Shown here: piece by piece, positions 9,751-18,772 of the stretch
Layout: every line of letters starts with the position of its first letter
Numbering within the stretch: position 1 is the first letter of the stretch
NCBI GenBank assembly: GCA_028275825.1
Contig: JAPWTX010000002.1
Coordinates: 23,206 to 87,205 of the forward strand
Direction of reading: 5' to 3'
DNA: 64,000 nucleotides
From: Ignisphaera sp.
GTDB lineage: Archaea > Thermoproteota > Thermoprotei_A > Sulfolobales > Ignisphaeraceae
Notes under the pieces: model-generated
The model's database searches: none
Told to the model about the DNA's origin: nothing
What the model saw: only the letters and a program-made list of their open reading frames with translations
Program-made: the position numbers and the translations under genes

Positions 9751-9906
9751 ATGAGTAAACGCATTACTGTGAGTGAGAGTGTTTTAAGGGCTATTGTTGA
9801 GGGTAGGGTTAGGGTACTGGATAAAAGGATAAAGCTTGGTAAGTACAGAATTGTTAAGAGGTATATTGTTGCAGGTGTTGTTAGTGGCTGTTCGGGTAAA
9901 AGTTAG
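9751..9906 (+). CDS. Possible small basic protein (51 aa; below ORF-track cutoff)
   Basis: ATG at 9751, MSKRITVSESVLRAIVEGRVRVLDKRIKLGKYRIVKRY...; overlaps the next ORF. Confidence 0.3.
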   Translation: MSKRITVSESVLRAIVEGRVRVLDKRIKLGKYRIVKRYIVAGVVSGCSGKS

Positions 9907-10297
9907 AGTCTCACATGGGAGTAGGTCAAAGGTTGTAACAGTTCTTGTTAATGGTGGTGCTGAGAGTGAGGAACCTGTAATTGTTTTAAGACCTGAGGAT
10001 GCGTTAGAGCTTGGCACATCTTTAGAGAATTTTGATGTGATTGAAGTTGAGTTAGCAACTGGTATTAGTAGGAGCCTTATCTCTAGAGATAAGGTAAAGG
10101 TTGAGTTACTAGATGAAAGAGGGAATACCCTGTCCTACACTTACGCATACCTAGTTGTTGATGAAGGTCTTACAGAGCCTTTAATAACGGATGCAACAAT
10201 TGATGAACTTGGGATACAAGTGGTTAGCTTTAGGAGGGGTCTGTGGAGGCATAGGAATGACCCTCCAGATATGTTTAGGTCTAGTGCTTTGAGGTAG
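9836..10297 (+). CDS. Clan AA aspartic-protease-like fold protein with Asn in place of catalytic Asp; true start probably near 9880
   Basis: VTVLVNGGAE (cf. DTG motif), LRPEDALELG, LITDATIDELGI pattern of retropepsin-like archaeal proteins. Confidence 0.65.
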   Translation: MVSTELLRGILLQVLLVAVRVKVRVSHGSRSKVVTVLVNGGAESEEPVIVLRPEDALELGTSLENFDVIEVELATGISRSLISRDKVKVELLDERGNTLSYTYAYLVVDEGLTEPLITDATIDELGIQVVSFRRGLWRHRNDPPDMFRSSALR

Positions 10298-10387
10298 GGA
10301 TTTGCTATCCATAGTAGTTTGGAAATTCGGAGAAAAATAAAACAAATACTAAACCTGTAGCAAGAAAAGACCTTTTAATTGTTTATG

Positions 10388-10830
10388 CTAGATCCCCTCC
10401 AAAACCTTCTCCACTTCTTTTTTCACAGTGCTTGAGAATTTTATGTTAAGGTTCTTGTGACACACGATCGCTACTATAGTTGATGGCGACACTCCTCGAC
10501 GCAACATATAAATTATGAATGCATATCTTAGCGAATGAGCTTTTATCCCTAATGTGCAGGTACTTATCGTCATTAGCCCTGATAACATCCTTGTCTTTAT
10601 CAATTAACGCTGTGCAGATAGTGAGATCCTCTTCAACAATCTCCTTAGGAATTACCATTAATCGATAATCATCCTTCTTGCGCTTCTCAACTTCTACATA
10701 TATCTTGATTTTTGGTTTCTTCAGAAACTCCTTGAATGCCTTGATCGCCTCACCTACGGGATTCGTTTCGAAGAACAGTTTACTTATAGCAAGATCTGAT
10801 GGAGATTTTATAGGTAGGTAGAAAGTATCC
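10388..10830 (-). pseudogene. Frameshifted tyrosine recombinase/integrase
   Basis: Three frames on the minus strand: LRNESR / GEAIKAFKEF...RLMVIPKE / HSLRYAF...GVSPSTIVAIVCHK; the terminal catalytic Tyr segment is not intact. Confidence 0.8.
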
Positions 10831-11243
10831 TCAATATTTATGCTACTCTCGATCGGTATATTAATTTTACAGCGTCTTCAATGATAACACCATCGTTTTG
10901 GCGTAGATAGTCACTTATGCTACCCTAGATCTCTAAACATGTATATCTGAACTAAACACTAATAACAATTTTGTGCCTATGCCTTATCTCTTCATTATAG
11001 CTGTTATAACGAATAAACTTAAAATAGTTTCACAAAATATACATACATAATCATGAATATAGGTGTTGTAAATGAGCATCCCAAGATCAAGTAGATATCA
11101 ATTGTTACCACATTGCGCTACACACGCTAAAGATTTGATCATTGTAGCTACATGTGATGGTGCTTCAAGTACTGGGCAAATAGCTGACCTCCTCCCCGCC
11201 CTAAAGGGCGAGGGTTCCTGCGAGGGCGGTTCACAGGTTCCCC

Positions 11244-12404
11244 TCATCTATTCGGGGCTACATCTGTCATTTGAGGGGCATTCAGGGGGGTCAGAGCTCC
11301 CCACATCTTGATTAAAGCCCTCTTCTCAATGTTTAGTACTGCTACAGTATCTCTATTGGCTTCGAAACCGCATCTAGAGCACCTCAATCTTCTATAGCCG
11401 TTCTCGATAAGCTTAGAGCTACACATTGGGCATGTTGATGATGTGTTCTTTGGGTCTACAACAATTAGTGGCACCCCATTTTTCTCGCACTGCCAGTCAA
11501 TCCAATGCTCCAACATTCTATAGCTTAGTATTAACAGAGAGACTCTGTGTTCCTTTGGAAGCTTCCTAAGACTCTCTACCAAATTTGTCAAGTCCTCTCT
11601 AGCAACTGCATATTGATACTGCTTTGCTAGAGACACAATTGTATGGGATACCTTCTTAACACAGTCTTCAACAATGTTCCTAGCCTTTCTGTGGAAATAT
11701 CTCCTCCTCTCTACAATGCCTCTCCTCCTAAGCCAAGCGTTGTATTTGGGGGAGGAGTACCTCTTTTGGAGGTTCTCAGCTAATTGTTTATAATGCAGAG
11801 CTCTTCTAACAGCTGTTTCAAACCTATATTCAATTTTACCATTACCGATAACAATCTGCCTCTCGTTAATATCAACAGCTAGAATGCCTCTAGGTATATA
11901 CTTAGCTGGCTTGAGTACACGCTTAGATATCCCTAGAATGAACTTGCCATCCTTAAATAACAGTATTGCATCTCCATTTGGATAATTGTCATATCTCATG
12001 TCCCAGCCAATAATCCTGAGCCTAAAGCCTCCAAGAATCTCAACATAGCTATCTCTAACCCTGTAGCTGTATCTATGTGTTAGCCAAATCCTAGGTGTTC
12101 TAGCCCTAGGCACCCTACCCCTATTAGGATTCCCAAGCCAAGACTTGGCAATTGCAATAGCCTCTCTATAACAATCCTGAGCAACTTTAGAAGGAAGACC
12201 ATACCTCTCCTTAAGAACGCTGTATAATAGCTTATGGGCTTTGCCAAGGCTTAACGCTTTATTCTCGATAACCACCTTAATAGCGTGGTTAAGTGCCTCT
12301 CTATACCTCTTCATCAAGCTTACTAGCTCTTTAAACAAGCTGGGCTCAGGGCTAACCCTCATCTTAATGGTCAGGGTTAGCAAACCCTCACAGCCCAGAG
12401 CCAT
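11244..12404 (-). CDS. tnpB: TnpB RNA-guided nuclease with apparently intact RuvC triad
   Basis: RuvC-I LAVDIN, RuvC-II AREDL, zinc finger CPMC...CSRC, RuvC-III NRDTVAVLN, C-terminal PQMTDVAPNR overlapping the right-end RNA. Confidence 0.95.
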   Translation of the reverse strand: MALGCEGLLTLTIKMRVSPEPSLFKELVSLMKRYREALNHAIKVVIENKALSLGKAHKLLYSVLKERYGLPSKVAQDCYREAIAIAKSWLGNPNRGRVPRARTPRIWLTHRYSYRVRDSYVEILGGFRLRIIGWDMRYDNYPNGDAILLFKDGKFILGISKRVLKPAKYIPRGILAVDINERQIVIGNGKIEYRFETAVRRALHYKQLAENLQKRYSSPKYNAWLRRRGIVERRRYFHRKARNIVEDCVKKVSHTIVSLAKQYQYAVAREDLTNLVESLRKLPKEHRVSLLILSYRMLEHWIDWQCEKNGVPLIVVDPKNTSSTCPMCSSKLIENGYRRLRCSRCGFEANRDTVAVLNIEKRALIKMWGALTPLNAPQMTDVAPNR

Positions 12405-12406
12405 AC

Positions 12407-12529
12407 CTACTCAACCCTGTTCCTAGCTATGTTGACCTTTCTGAAGCAATTTGGGCATGTGGCATAGTACTGCTTTCTCCCCTTGTAGTCCCAGACATAC
12501 CCACACTTGGGGCATTTAAGCTTTACCAA
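12407..12529 (-). CDS. 40-aa zinc-ribbon protein inside the tnpB element (not in ORF track)
   Basis: TTG start after GGTGGT; MVKLKCPKCGYVWDYKGRKQYYATCPNCFRKVNIARNRVE*; stop 2 nt before tnpB ATG. Confidence 0.8.
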   Translation of the reverse strand: MVKLKCPKCGYVWDYKGRKQYYATCPNCFRKVNIARNRVE

Positions 12530-12578
12530 CCGACCACCAACCAACTAGTAGAGAAAAACACCTTATGAGCTTTTCTAT

Positions 12579-12618
<40 letters not shown>

Positions 12619-12908
12619 CTTAAAATTAATGTTTAGTGTGAGGGTTAATGACCAAAAATAATATTAAACACTGACTTCCTACCTGTACTAAAAGGTGTGA
12701 GTCTCCTTAGACTTAGGGTGATTCAGCAATTTTCCACATTATATCAATAGGGATGTTATAAATATTGTTTAATTCGATATTATATGATTTTAAGCTTGTG
12801 AATATGTTTTATTGTTGTCACATTTATTCTATTCTAATCTAGTAGCGTTTTATACTTATCCTGTTGTTCTATGTTTAGAGGATATTTAGTTCGTTATCGT
12901 TATAAATG

Positions 12909-12950
12909 TTTATAACTTGGGGTACTCCAAGTATAGTTGGGGTAGCCCAA
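12909..12950 (+). promoter_or_regulatory. TATA box followed by tandem 14-bp imperfect palindromes
   Basis: TTTATAA at 12909-12915; TTGGGGTACTCCAA at 12917-12930 and TTGGGGTAGCCCAA at 12937-12950. Confidence 0.55.
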
Positions 12951-12953
12951 GCT

Positions 12954-14057
12954 ATGCTGTTCAGTATTAAGCCTAAAGAGAGAAGGGATGAATTATATGA
13001 TTTTGAGAAAGAGTTAGAAGAACTTATGAAAGGTGTTGAGAGAAGTCCTATAACTATTGTAATTGGTATGAGGAGAACTGGTAAAACCTCTCTTCTTAAA
13101 GTTGCTTTAAATGAGCTTGGAAATCCTTATATATATCTAGATACAAGATTTTCTGTTAATCCAACTTACAGAGATTTTATATATATTGTGAAAGAATCTT
13201 TAGAAGATTTTGTGAGAAGGTATAAATCTTTTCGTGAGAAGATAGTTGAGGTTTTAAGTAGTGTTAAAGGTGTATCGATATCTATACCGTTATCTTCTAT
13301 CGACATCTCTTGGAGGGGTGATAATAAGCTAGAGTTTCCAGAGCTTTTCACAGCATTGAATAGTATTGGATCTGAACTTAAGAAGAGTGTTGTTGTAGCT
13401 TTTGATGAAGCTCAAGAGCTTCGGAAAATAACATGGATCGATTTTGTAAGACTTTTTGCATATATCTACGATAATCTAGACTATGTTAAAATAGTGTTAA
13501 CAGGATCTGAAGTTGGTCTTCTCTACAAATTTCTAAGACTAGATAGCGGAGATTCTCCACTCTACGGAAGATACATCCATATCGTATCGACAAGAAGATT
13601 AACACTCGAAGAATCTGTAGATTTTCTTGAGAAAGGTTTTAAAGAAATAGGGATCTCTATAAACAAACAAATTATTGAAGAAGCAGCAAAAACATTTGGA
13701 GGGGTCATAGGTTGGCTTACACTCTTTGGATATAATTGCTACACAAACCCAGATCCATGTTCACAACAGATAGATAAAGTTCTAAAGATAGCTATCAACA
13801 TAGCTAAAAACGAAGTAGAGAACTTCTTGAGAAGTAGAAGAAGTGAAAGATACAAAGCATTGCTAAAAACATTGACTATTGAAAGAAGTTGGAGTGAAAT
13901 AAAGAAAAAACTCGAGGATATCGAAGGTAGAACAATAAACGATAAAACACTTAACGAACTACTAAACACCCTAATTGATCTCTCAATAGTTGAGAAAAAA
14001 GATAATAAATACATAATAGCAGATCCCATTACTAGAAAAGCTATTGAAGAACTTTAA
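12954..14057 (+). CDS. Archaeal ATPase (AAA/COG1672-like) with C-terminal winged helix; start moved from 12906 to ATG 12954
   Basis: MLFSIKPK start, GMRRTGKTS Walker A, AFDEAQEL Walker B, LTGSEVG and PLYGR motifs. Confidence 0.88.
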   Translation: MLFSIKPKERRDELYDFEKELEELMKGVERSPITIVIGMRRTGKTSLLKVALNELGNPYIYLDTRFSVNPTYRDFIYIVKESLEDFVRRYKSFREKIVEVLSSVKGVSISIPLSSIDISWRGDNKLEFPELFTALNSIGSELKKSVVVAFDEAQELRKITWIDFVRLFAYIYDNLDYVKIVLTGSEVGLLYKFLRLDSGDSPLYGRYIHIVSTRRLTLEESVDFLEKGFKEIGISINKQIIEEAAKTFGGVIGWLTLFGYNCYTNPDPCSQQIDKVLKIAINIAKNEVENFLRSRRSERYKALLKTLTIERSWSEIKKKLEDIEGRTINDKTLNELLNTLIDLSIVEKKDNKYIIADPITRKAIEEL

Positions 14058-14197
14058 CCTTCACTAAAGAGAATATTTGAATAATCAGCGATGCAAATTA
14101 TTAACCACTCTAGCCCTAGTAATTCTAATTTAATCTGCCCTAATAATAATAGGATTAAAAGAGATGCAATATCAATCACAGATATTGATGTTGGTAG

Positions 14198-14436
14198 AGC
14201 GTTTCCCTTTGTCCTTAGATGGTCATTCTCTTCATTTCAGGGTTTTAGGACCTCATCTAGGGACTTCCACCTCACCTACAAGCGACTGTTAAGCCCAATG
14301 CCATGGAGCTCTCATCTGAATCTCTGGGTCACCACAGCGTGGGTCATCCGAGAGCTTATAGTGAATGTAGAGTTATTCAAATCCTGCTCTATAGTGCTAA
14401 GCATTCACAGCTATTCACAGATATCTAAACCTATCG
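14198..14436 (-). mobile_element. Non-coding repeat family F4, copy a
   Basis: Reverse-complement similarity to 17087-17343 over the first ~140 bp and at the GGGAAACGCT end; same left-end array as F3. Confidence 0.75.
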
Positions 14437-14733
14437 AAAATTGTAATAGTTTATTTCCCTAGATATTTTTAGTGATCTCCAATTTAAATATTGACCATAA
14501 AGTATTTCCATTATCTTTCATACGCGTAGAATACTAAAAACTATGCAGATATTATCATAAAGTTTTGAGAAGCATTAAATACAAAAACTTTTAGCTCTAA
14601 AGAGAAAAACTATTCCAGAATCTCTATTGAGGTAATTTCACAAATAAACATATAATACTAATCAATTTTCACTAATTCAAAGAGTGATATATAGTGATAA
14701 CTTTGTGTAAAGCAAAGTTAAGCTGATTTCTTT

Positions 14734-15366
14734 TCAGATCTCTCCTTCTGCAATCTTAAAGCTATTCCTTGCGTACCAGTATATCTTCCATATCTCAGGT
14801 ATTTCATGGCAATACTCTTTACATGCTTTTTCTGCTAGTTGTCTAAGTTCTTCAGCTTCTTCATACATTAACTCCTCTTTCTCTATAAGGTACTTCATCC
14901 TCTCTAAATCTTGTTTTGTAAATGGGTTAACTTTATAAGAATGCCTAAACTCCAGGGAATCATATATCCTCCTTATCTCAGCTCTTATAAGTTCTGTAGC
15001 TTCCTTTCTGACAATGGATTCATAACTTAAAACCTCAATTAAGAACTCAGTTGAATGTTTAATACTATGAACAAGATCTGTAAATAATGACAAAAACTTC
15101 CTATCCATACCATCAATTTTCTCACTTAGTTTTTTAACATCTACTTCTAAAGTAGTAACTCTATTTTCTAGCGAACTAACTCTCTCCTCCAACAAACCTA
15201 CTCTTTTATCTACTAACCCTAGTTTTTCATCAATTAAACGAAACCTCCCATCTACTTCTGCAAACCTCTTACCAAGCCAATGAACTATACCAACAACTAC
15301 CCCCAAACCTCCAATACCACCTATAGCTGCTAAGATATTCAAAAGTAAAGCTACATCTACCAACAT
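14734..15366 (-). CDS. Membrane-anchored coiled-coil protein (paREP-like accessory family)
   Basis: N-terminal hydrophobic helix, heptad repeats, C-terminal NPFTKQD...EEAEEL domain. Confidence 0.75.
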   Translation of the reverse strand: MLVDVALLLNILAAIGGIGGLGVVVGIVHWLGKRFAEVDGRFRLIDEKLGLVDKRVGLLEERVSSLENRVTTLEVDVKKLSEKIDGMDRKFLSLFTDLVHSIKHSTEFLIEVLSYESIVRKEATELIRAEIRRIYDSLEFRHSYKVNPFTKQDLERMKYLIEKEELMYEEAEELRQLAEKACKEYCHEIPEIWKIYWYARNSFKIAEGEI

Positions 15367-15579
15367 TTACACTACACGATTATTGAATATGAAACTACTT
15401 ATATTTTTACCTCCTTGCATACTCGTAAAATTCTATACATGATATACAATGGGTATCTCAATATACTTAAACTTTGGGAATTAAAAATAGAATTGTTGTA
15501 GGAGTGGGCAATTTGTCTCAGCTTTTCTAGGTATTTAGGATGGTGCTTGTCTGTCTCGCTCAACAAGTCTTCGTATCTA

Positions 15580-15834
15580 GCCTTTCGCAGCTGTTTCTAG
15601 TTTCATAAAGGTTTGTAAGGTTTGACACTACTAAACATTTTCATGAGATTCCCTGTGAGGGGTGAAGAGCCTGCAAGGGCTCTCCCCAAGGGCAGCAACC
15701 CAAGGTGTGGGGTCCCCGGGGGTGGTTCTGAACGCCCCCAAGGCATATGCAGATCCAAGGAGCGGTGCGGGGGAATAGAGATGATGCGATGAAAAACATC
15801 AAACCACATGAACTTATATGAGAGCTGAACCCCC
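15580..15834 (+). mobile_element. Non-coding repeat family F5, copy a (GCCTTTCG...GAACCCC ends)
   Basis: Reverse-complement match to 37729-37978; left end shared with F6. Confidence 0.85.
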
Positions 15835-15837
15835 TAT

Positions 15838-16980
15838 CTATAGCCTTTTCCTCAGTAGTGCGATAGTGAGTAATGTGATGAGTATTGATACAGCTATTGT
15901 TAAGATTAGTGCTAGTGTACGAATTGTTGATATGTCTTGGCTCAGTGTATCGATGTGTTGAAGTGCCTTTGTATATGCATTGCTGAGCTCTGTATACTTC
16001 TGCTCTAAATCTCTATAATTTTGTTGAAGGTCTGTAAAGCTTGTTGTCAAATTCCTCTGATTGCCTGCAACATCTCTATACATTTTCTCAAGGTTTAACA
16101 CACTCTCATTGATTGTGCTGAGGCTTAGCACAATATCTTTCTGATGAGAAGCAATGCTATTTAATGTGCTTGTTAGTGTCATGTTAATCACTTCATAGCC
16201 TCTTCTTAAAGCGTTGTAGAGTAGAGATAGTTCTTCAAGTCTCTTCTCCACATCACTAAGGCTCTTACTCGTTGTGGTATATGAGGTGTTTAGGTTGAAG
16301 AGAAACTGCTCTAATCTATTTAATCTCTCCACAGCGTTAGTATACATCGTAGTGAGATTTCTATAGTCTCTATAGAGCTGTTCACCCTCTCTAGCAATAG
16401 TTATGTAGGTTGTTGTTAAGTTATTGAAGTTGTCAAGCAGTTTTCTGTAACTATCTCTAAGGGCGTTGAGCTCCTCCTCTAAACTCTTGTACTTCTCTAA
16501 GAGGCTCCTATAGGTCAAGACCCTGACAACCGTCACATTAAATGCTATGTGAGTGTACTGAGCTATGTAACTACCTGTTGAAGGGTTGTAGTAGTTGTAG
16601 AGAGCAGCTATAGTAATTCTTAAGAATCCTTCAGCTCTAGGAGTAACTGAGAATACGTAAGAAAGACTCCTATTAACTCCAAGCACAGTATTGTTTATGA
16701 GTATGCCAGAAACATTAACGCCACACCCATAGACAGCCGCAACAATGTAATTGACATGAATATCTTCAAGAGCTGCAATAGTTAAGAAAATGTTTGTAGA
16801 TGTATTCACAAGAGTCTCATTCGGTGCATCAACCCTGAAGTAGAGATATGGACCCAATAAACCATGCATAGTAGGTAGGCGCTCTGCTAAAGCAGTGTAT
16901 AATGAAAAGATAGTGCTAGCTATAGATACAATAATCAGCATCAACGCCATTGCTACAAGAGGTTTGCAAACCATGGCCAT
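15838..16980 (-). CDS. Secreted, C-terminally anchored coiled-coil protein (S-layer stalk-like architecture)
   Basis: Signal/TM helix, beta-rich domain, long heptad region with many N-x-S/T sequons, C-terminal TM plus RKRL. Confidence 0.8.
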   Translation of the reverse strand: MAMVCKPLVAMALMLIIVSIASTIFSLYTALAERLPTMHGLLGPYLYFRVDAPNETLVNTSTNIFLTIAALEDIHVNYIVAAVYGCGVNVSGILINNTVLGVNRSLSYVFSVTPRAEGFLRITIAALYNYYNPSTGSYIAQYTHIAFNVTVVRVLTYRSLLEKYKSLEEELNALRDSYRKLLDNFNNLTTTYITIAREGEQLYRDYRNLTTMYTNAVERLNRLEQFLFNLNTSYTTTSKSLSDVEKRLEELSLLYNALRRGYEVINMTLTSTLNSIASHQKDIVLSLSTINESVLNLEKMYRDVAGNQRNLTTSFTDLQQNYRDLEQKYTELSNAYTKALQHIDTLSQDISTIRTLALILTIAVSILITLLTIALLRKRL

Positions 16981-17086
16981 GCACTAGAAAAGCTTGACCT
17001 AAAAATGCTTATAACCATTTTTACACGCAACACACTGCGCTTTGATATAGCCCTAAACATTGTCATGAGGCTGTTACAGAGCTGAA

Positions 17087-17343
17087 GATAAGTTTAAATA
17101 TCTGTAAACAGCTGTAAATACTTGGCTCTTAGAGTAATGCTTAAATAACTCTCCACTTTATAATTTCTCGGATGACCCGCACTGCGGTGACATGGAGAAT
17201 CAGATGGGAGCCCAGTGGCGTTGGGCTCGACAGGCACCCATGGAGTGTGGGTGATGCTAGTGAACCCACACAGAGGTGCAACCCCGCTAACGGGATTACA
17301 AATATTTACAAATACCGCCAAGTACCGTTAGCGGGGAAACGCT
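17087..17343 (+). mobile_element. Non-coding repeat family F4, copy b
   Basis: GATAAGTTTAAATATCTGTAAACAGCTGTAAAT left end, TTATAA, GGATGACC-stem-GGTGAC motif, GGGGAAACGCT end. Confidence 0.75.
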
Positions 17344-17429
17344 GCTTAAGACCTCCTCACAAAGCTCCTTGACCTCTTTCACATAGTCATATATAAATGG
17401 GTTTACGAAGACGCTCTAGATATGCTCAC

Positions 17430-17692
17430 AAATGGAAGCCTCGCCTTTTAAGGCGGGGAGGTGCTTTATTGCCACCATAAAATATCTGAACAAAAATTTA
17501 TAAACTTTTTTGCCCCAACACTTGTTTTTGGTGTTGGGCGCGGGCGAGCTTAGCAGGCTATGAGCCTGCACCTCCCCGAAGCTGGCGGCGGGGCCTGAAA
17601 AAATGATGCCACACCCGTGAGGGGCTCCTGATAGGTGAGGGAGAGCCCTAGTGGGTGCAGAACCCTCGCCCTTTAGGGCGGGGAGCCGTCAG
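17430..17692 (+). mobile_element. 263-bp IS200/IS605 MITE (family F2a): left end, TATA, omegaRNA-like region, right end
   Basis: TCAC|AAATGGAAG-hairpin; TTTATAAA; interior matches 50825-50983; GAAC-hairpin-GAGCCGTCAG. Confidence 0.88.
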
Positions 17693-17977
17693 CTTCTACT
17701 CAGCATCGATACTGGCAATAGTTGTTATACTCCACGACGCATTGCTATTATCAGCTCTAAAAGCATGTCTACACCATAACATAGCTAGAAAAGCAATTAC
17801 AAATGTATTATAAGGAATTGCAAATCTTCTACAGATAAAATGTGTCTCTGTAATAAGAGATAGCGTAATAAAACCAAAAGGTGTTGCAATGAGAGTTATA
17901 GGGAAGTTATGTGCCTATGGAGTTAAGTAACTATTATTAGAAATATTGTGGCTTAGGATAAATTAAAAAGTTTTAGG

Positions 17978-18415
17978 TTATTGAGTTTGTGTTGATGTTG
18001 GTGGTTGTTGAGTAGCTAGTGAGGTTGATGGTTTCCAAACTAAACCTAGTATAGCTCCTACCAACCCCAGTATGGCTCCTATAAAGAGCCCTGCACCCAT
18101 TATAAGACCTATAACTGATACAACTAGCACTATTATTGACCAAGTCTTCACATTCCCAGGCACCCCACTATTCATCTGAATGCTACCAACTATCATCAAT
18201 ACACCAAAGATTAAGTGAACCACACCCACAACTATAACCAAACCCCCTAGCCAACCAAACCCCACTATCCCCAAGACAGCCCCACCGAATGCTCCTATAG
18301 CAATAATTACTAAAGCAAATAATACAACCAAGACCCCTCCAATCAATGATAAAACAAATGCCCCAGTAGGTTTCTCCACCACAGTTATCCCTAGGTAGAA
18401 AAGCTTAGAGGTCAT
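17978..18415 (-). CDS. Small Gly-rich multi-pass membrane protein
   Basis: 145 aa, four hydrophobic segments, Thr/Gln-rich tail. Confidence 0.8.
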   Translation of the reverse strand: MTSKLFYLGITVVEKPTGAFVLSLIGGVLVVLFALVIIAIGAFGGAVLGIVGFGWLGGLVIVVGVVHLIFGVLMIVGSIQMNSGVPGNVKTWSIIVLVVSVIGLIMGAGLFIGAILGLVGAILGLVWKPSTSLATQQPPTSTQTQ

Positions 18416-18489
18416 ATATAAACCTTACTTCTCTATATTTAGGTTTTATGTAGCTTTATATGTAGTTGTTTTGTTGGAGAAGAGCATTG

Positions 18490-18740
18490 ATGAAACCTAA
18501 GGAGGTTTGTAAGAGACTCGGTATTAGCTATGAGGGAGTGTGTTAGGAGGGGTTGGATTAAGCTTGCTGTTCTTGAGAGTGGTAGGTGGAAATCTAGTGA
18601 GGAGGAAATTGAGATTAGCTAGCATAATCAAGCTGAGGAAAGTAGTGCTCTACGCTCGTGCTTCATCGAGCAGTCAGAGAGGTGAGCTGGAAAGTCAGGT
18701 AAAGGATGCGATTATAAAAAGAAGCTGTTTTTGGATCTAG
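18490..18740 (+). pseudogene. tnpA: IS607-family TnpA (HTH plus serine recombinase) remnant, frameshifted
   Basis: MKPKEVCKRLGISY / ECVRRGWIK...LESGRWK / KVVLYARASSSSQRGELESQVK in shifting frames; TAGGTTT/TAGCT/TAGTT repeats at 18440-18472. Confidence 0.85.
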
Positions 18741-18772
18741 GTTATTGAAAGGGCTTTCTGTACAGCGGCAGA

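Noticed and set aside
15690-15720. SRP-like GGGCAGCAACC in F5 and RNase P-like GAGGTGGAAGTCC in F4a
   Set aside because: Short partial matches in multi-copy elements, without the other conserved helices of SRP or RNase P RNA
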